DNA of 64,000 nucleotides, taken from Eledone cirrhosa. Lineage: Eukaryota. This document shows, one piece after another, positions 63,101-64,000 of the stretch; positions within the stretch are counted from its first letter, which is position 1, and every line of letters begins with the position of its first letter. The notes beneath the pieces were generated by a model. It was given only the letters and a program-made list of their open reading frames with translations. It was not told where the DNA came from and did not search any database. The stretch is taken from assembly GCA_964016885.1 (NCBI GenBank), contig CAXHJY010000898.1:1-64000 (forward strand), given 5' to 3'. The position numbers were made by a program, and so were the translations under genes.

Positions 63101-64000
63101 TTAGCTTAGCTTAGCTTAGCTTAGGATAGCTTAGCTTAGCTTAGGATAGCTTAGGATAGCTTAGCTTAGGATAGCTTAGGATAGCTTAGCTTAGGATAGC
63201 TTAGGATAGCTTAGCTTAGGATAGCTTAGGATAGCTTAGCTTAGGATAGCTTAGCTTAGGATAGCTTAGGATAGCTTAGCTTAGCTTAGCTTAGGATAGC
63301 TTAGCTTAGCTTAGCTTAGGATAGCTTAGCTTAGCTTAGCTTAGGATAGCTTAGCTTGGGATAGCTTAGGATAGCTTAGCTTAGGATAGCTTAGCTTAGG
63401 ATAGCTTAGGATAGCTTAGCTTAGCTTAGCTTAGGATAGCTTACCTTAGCTTAGGATAGATTAGCTTAGCTTAGCTTAGGATAGCTTAGCTTAGCTTAGG
63501 ATAGCTTAGCTTAGCTTAGCTTAGGATAGCTTAGCTTAGGATAGCTTAGCTTAGGATAGCTTAGCTTAGGATAGCTTAGCTTAGGATAGCTTAGCTTAGG
63601 ATAGCTTAGCTTAGCTTAGGTTAGCTTAGCTTAGCTTAGCTTAGGATAGCTTAGCTTAGGATAGCTTAGGATAGCTTAGCTTAGCTTAGCTTAGGATAGC
63701 TTAGCTTAGCTTAGCTTAGTATAGCTTAGCTTAGCTTAGCTTAGGATAGCTTAGCTTAGCTTAGCTTAGGATAGCTTAGCTTAGCTTAGGATAGCTTAGC
63801 TTAGCTTAGCTTAGTATAGCTTAGCTTAGCTTAGCTTAGGATAGCTTAGCTTAGCTTAGCTTAGGATAGCTTAGCTTAGCTTAGGATAGCTTAGCTTAGG
63901 ATAGCTTAGCTTAGGATAGCTTAGCTTAGGTTAGCTTAGCTTAGCTTAGCTTAGGATAGCTTAGGATAGCTTAGCTTAGGATAGCTTAGCTTAGCTTAGC

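Larger units (their letters stand above)
1..64000. repeat. Compound pentamer satellite array GGATA(GCTTA)n, equivalently (TAGCT)nTAGGA; runs off both window ends
   Basis: The window parses throughout into GCTTA and GGATA pentamers with sparse variants (GGAAA, GGAGA, GGTTA, GCATA, CCTTA, ACTTA, GATTA etc.). No inversion or unique insert seen. Confidence 0.99.

Noticed and set aside
1-64000. Protein-coding ORFs on either strand
   Set aside because: TAG recurs every 5 bp on the + strand, closing all frames within about 15 nt. TAA occurs in every TAAGC on the - strand, closing frames within a few tens of nt.
1-64000. CRISPR or other repeat-spacer array
   Set aside because: There are no unique spacers; the variable part is only the copy number of GCTTA, and no cas or other genes are present.
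1-64000. Canonical telomere tract (TTAGG, TTAGGC, TTAGGG)
   Set aside because: TTAGG is nearly always isolated, at most doubled at rare variants; no G-tracts able to form quadruplexes; no terminus is visible. Only the non-canonical hypothesis is kept.
1-64000. Binary or run-length 'message', or synthetic DNA
   Set aside because: Nested duplications with inherited point variants explain the order as natural satellite evolution; there are no adapters, indices or codeword framing.
1-64000. Pure sequencing or basecaller artefact
   Set aside because: Rare variants recur in the same order at fixed kb offsets with small copy-specific differences, which stochastic artefacts would not produce (the 12.0-14.45 kb indels excepted).
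1-64000. GATA-factor site or promoter cluster
   Set aside because: The context is GGATAG, not the WGATAR consensus, and motif recurrence is a trivial result of the repeat; nothing supports a regulatory role.
1-64000. Assignment to a named satellite family or species
   Set aside because: The units do not match human HSat2/3 (GGAAT) or the Drosophila simple satellites I know, and I cannot run a database search.

Overview
The whole 64-kb window is one uninterrupted, single-orientation tandem array built from two pentamers, GCTTA and GGATA, arranged as GGATA(GCTTA)n with n mostly 1-4 (commonly 3, rarely 5-6). I saw no unique sequence, ORF, RNA gene, transposon or CRISPR spacer. Rare variant pentamers act as landmarks. 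They show the order is not random but comes from nested kilobase-scale tandem duplications (about 0.3, 0.76, 1.3, 1.7, 1.8, 2.07, 2.35, 3.4, 3.45 and 6 kb) within a roughly 15-kb super-unit that is present, partly rearranged, about three times. One stretch (~12.0-14.45 kb) is rich in 1-bp indels and is probably low-quality consensus. The best reading is eukaryotic simple-sequence satellite DNA (centromeric/heterochromatic or telomere-related); the organism cannot be determined from the sequence. Marker offsets were read by eye, and duplication boundaries are approximate (about +/-100 bp).
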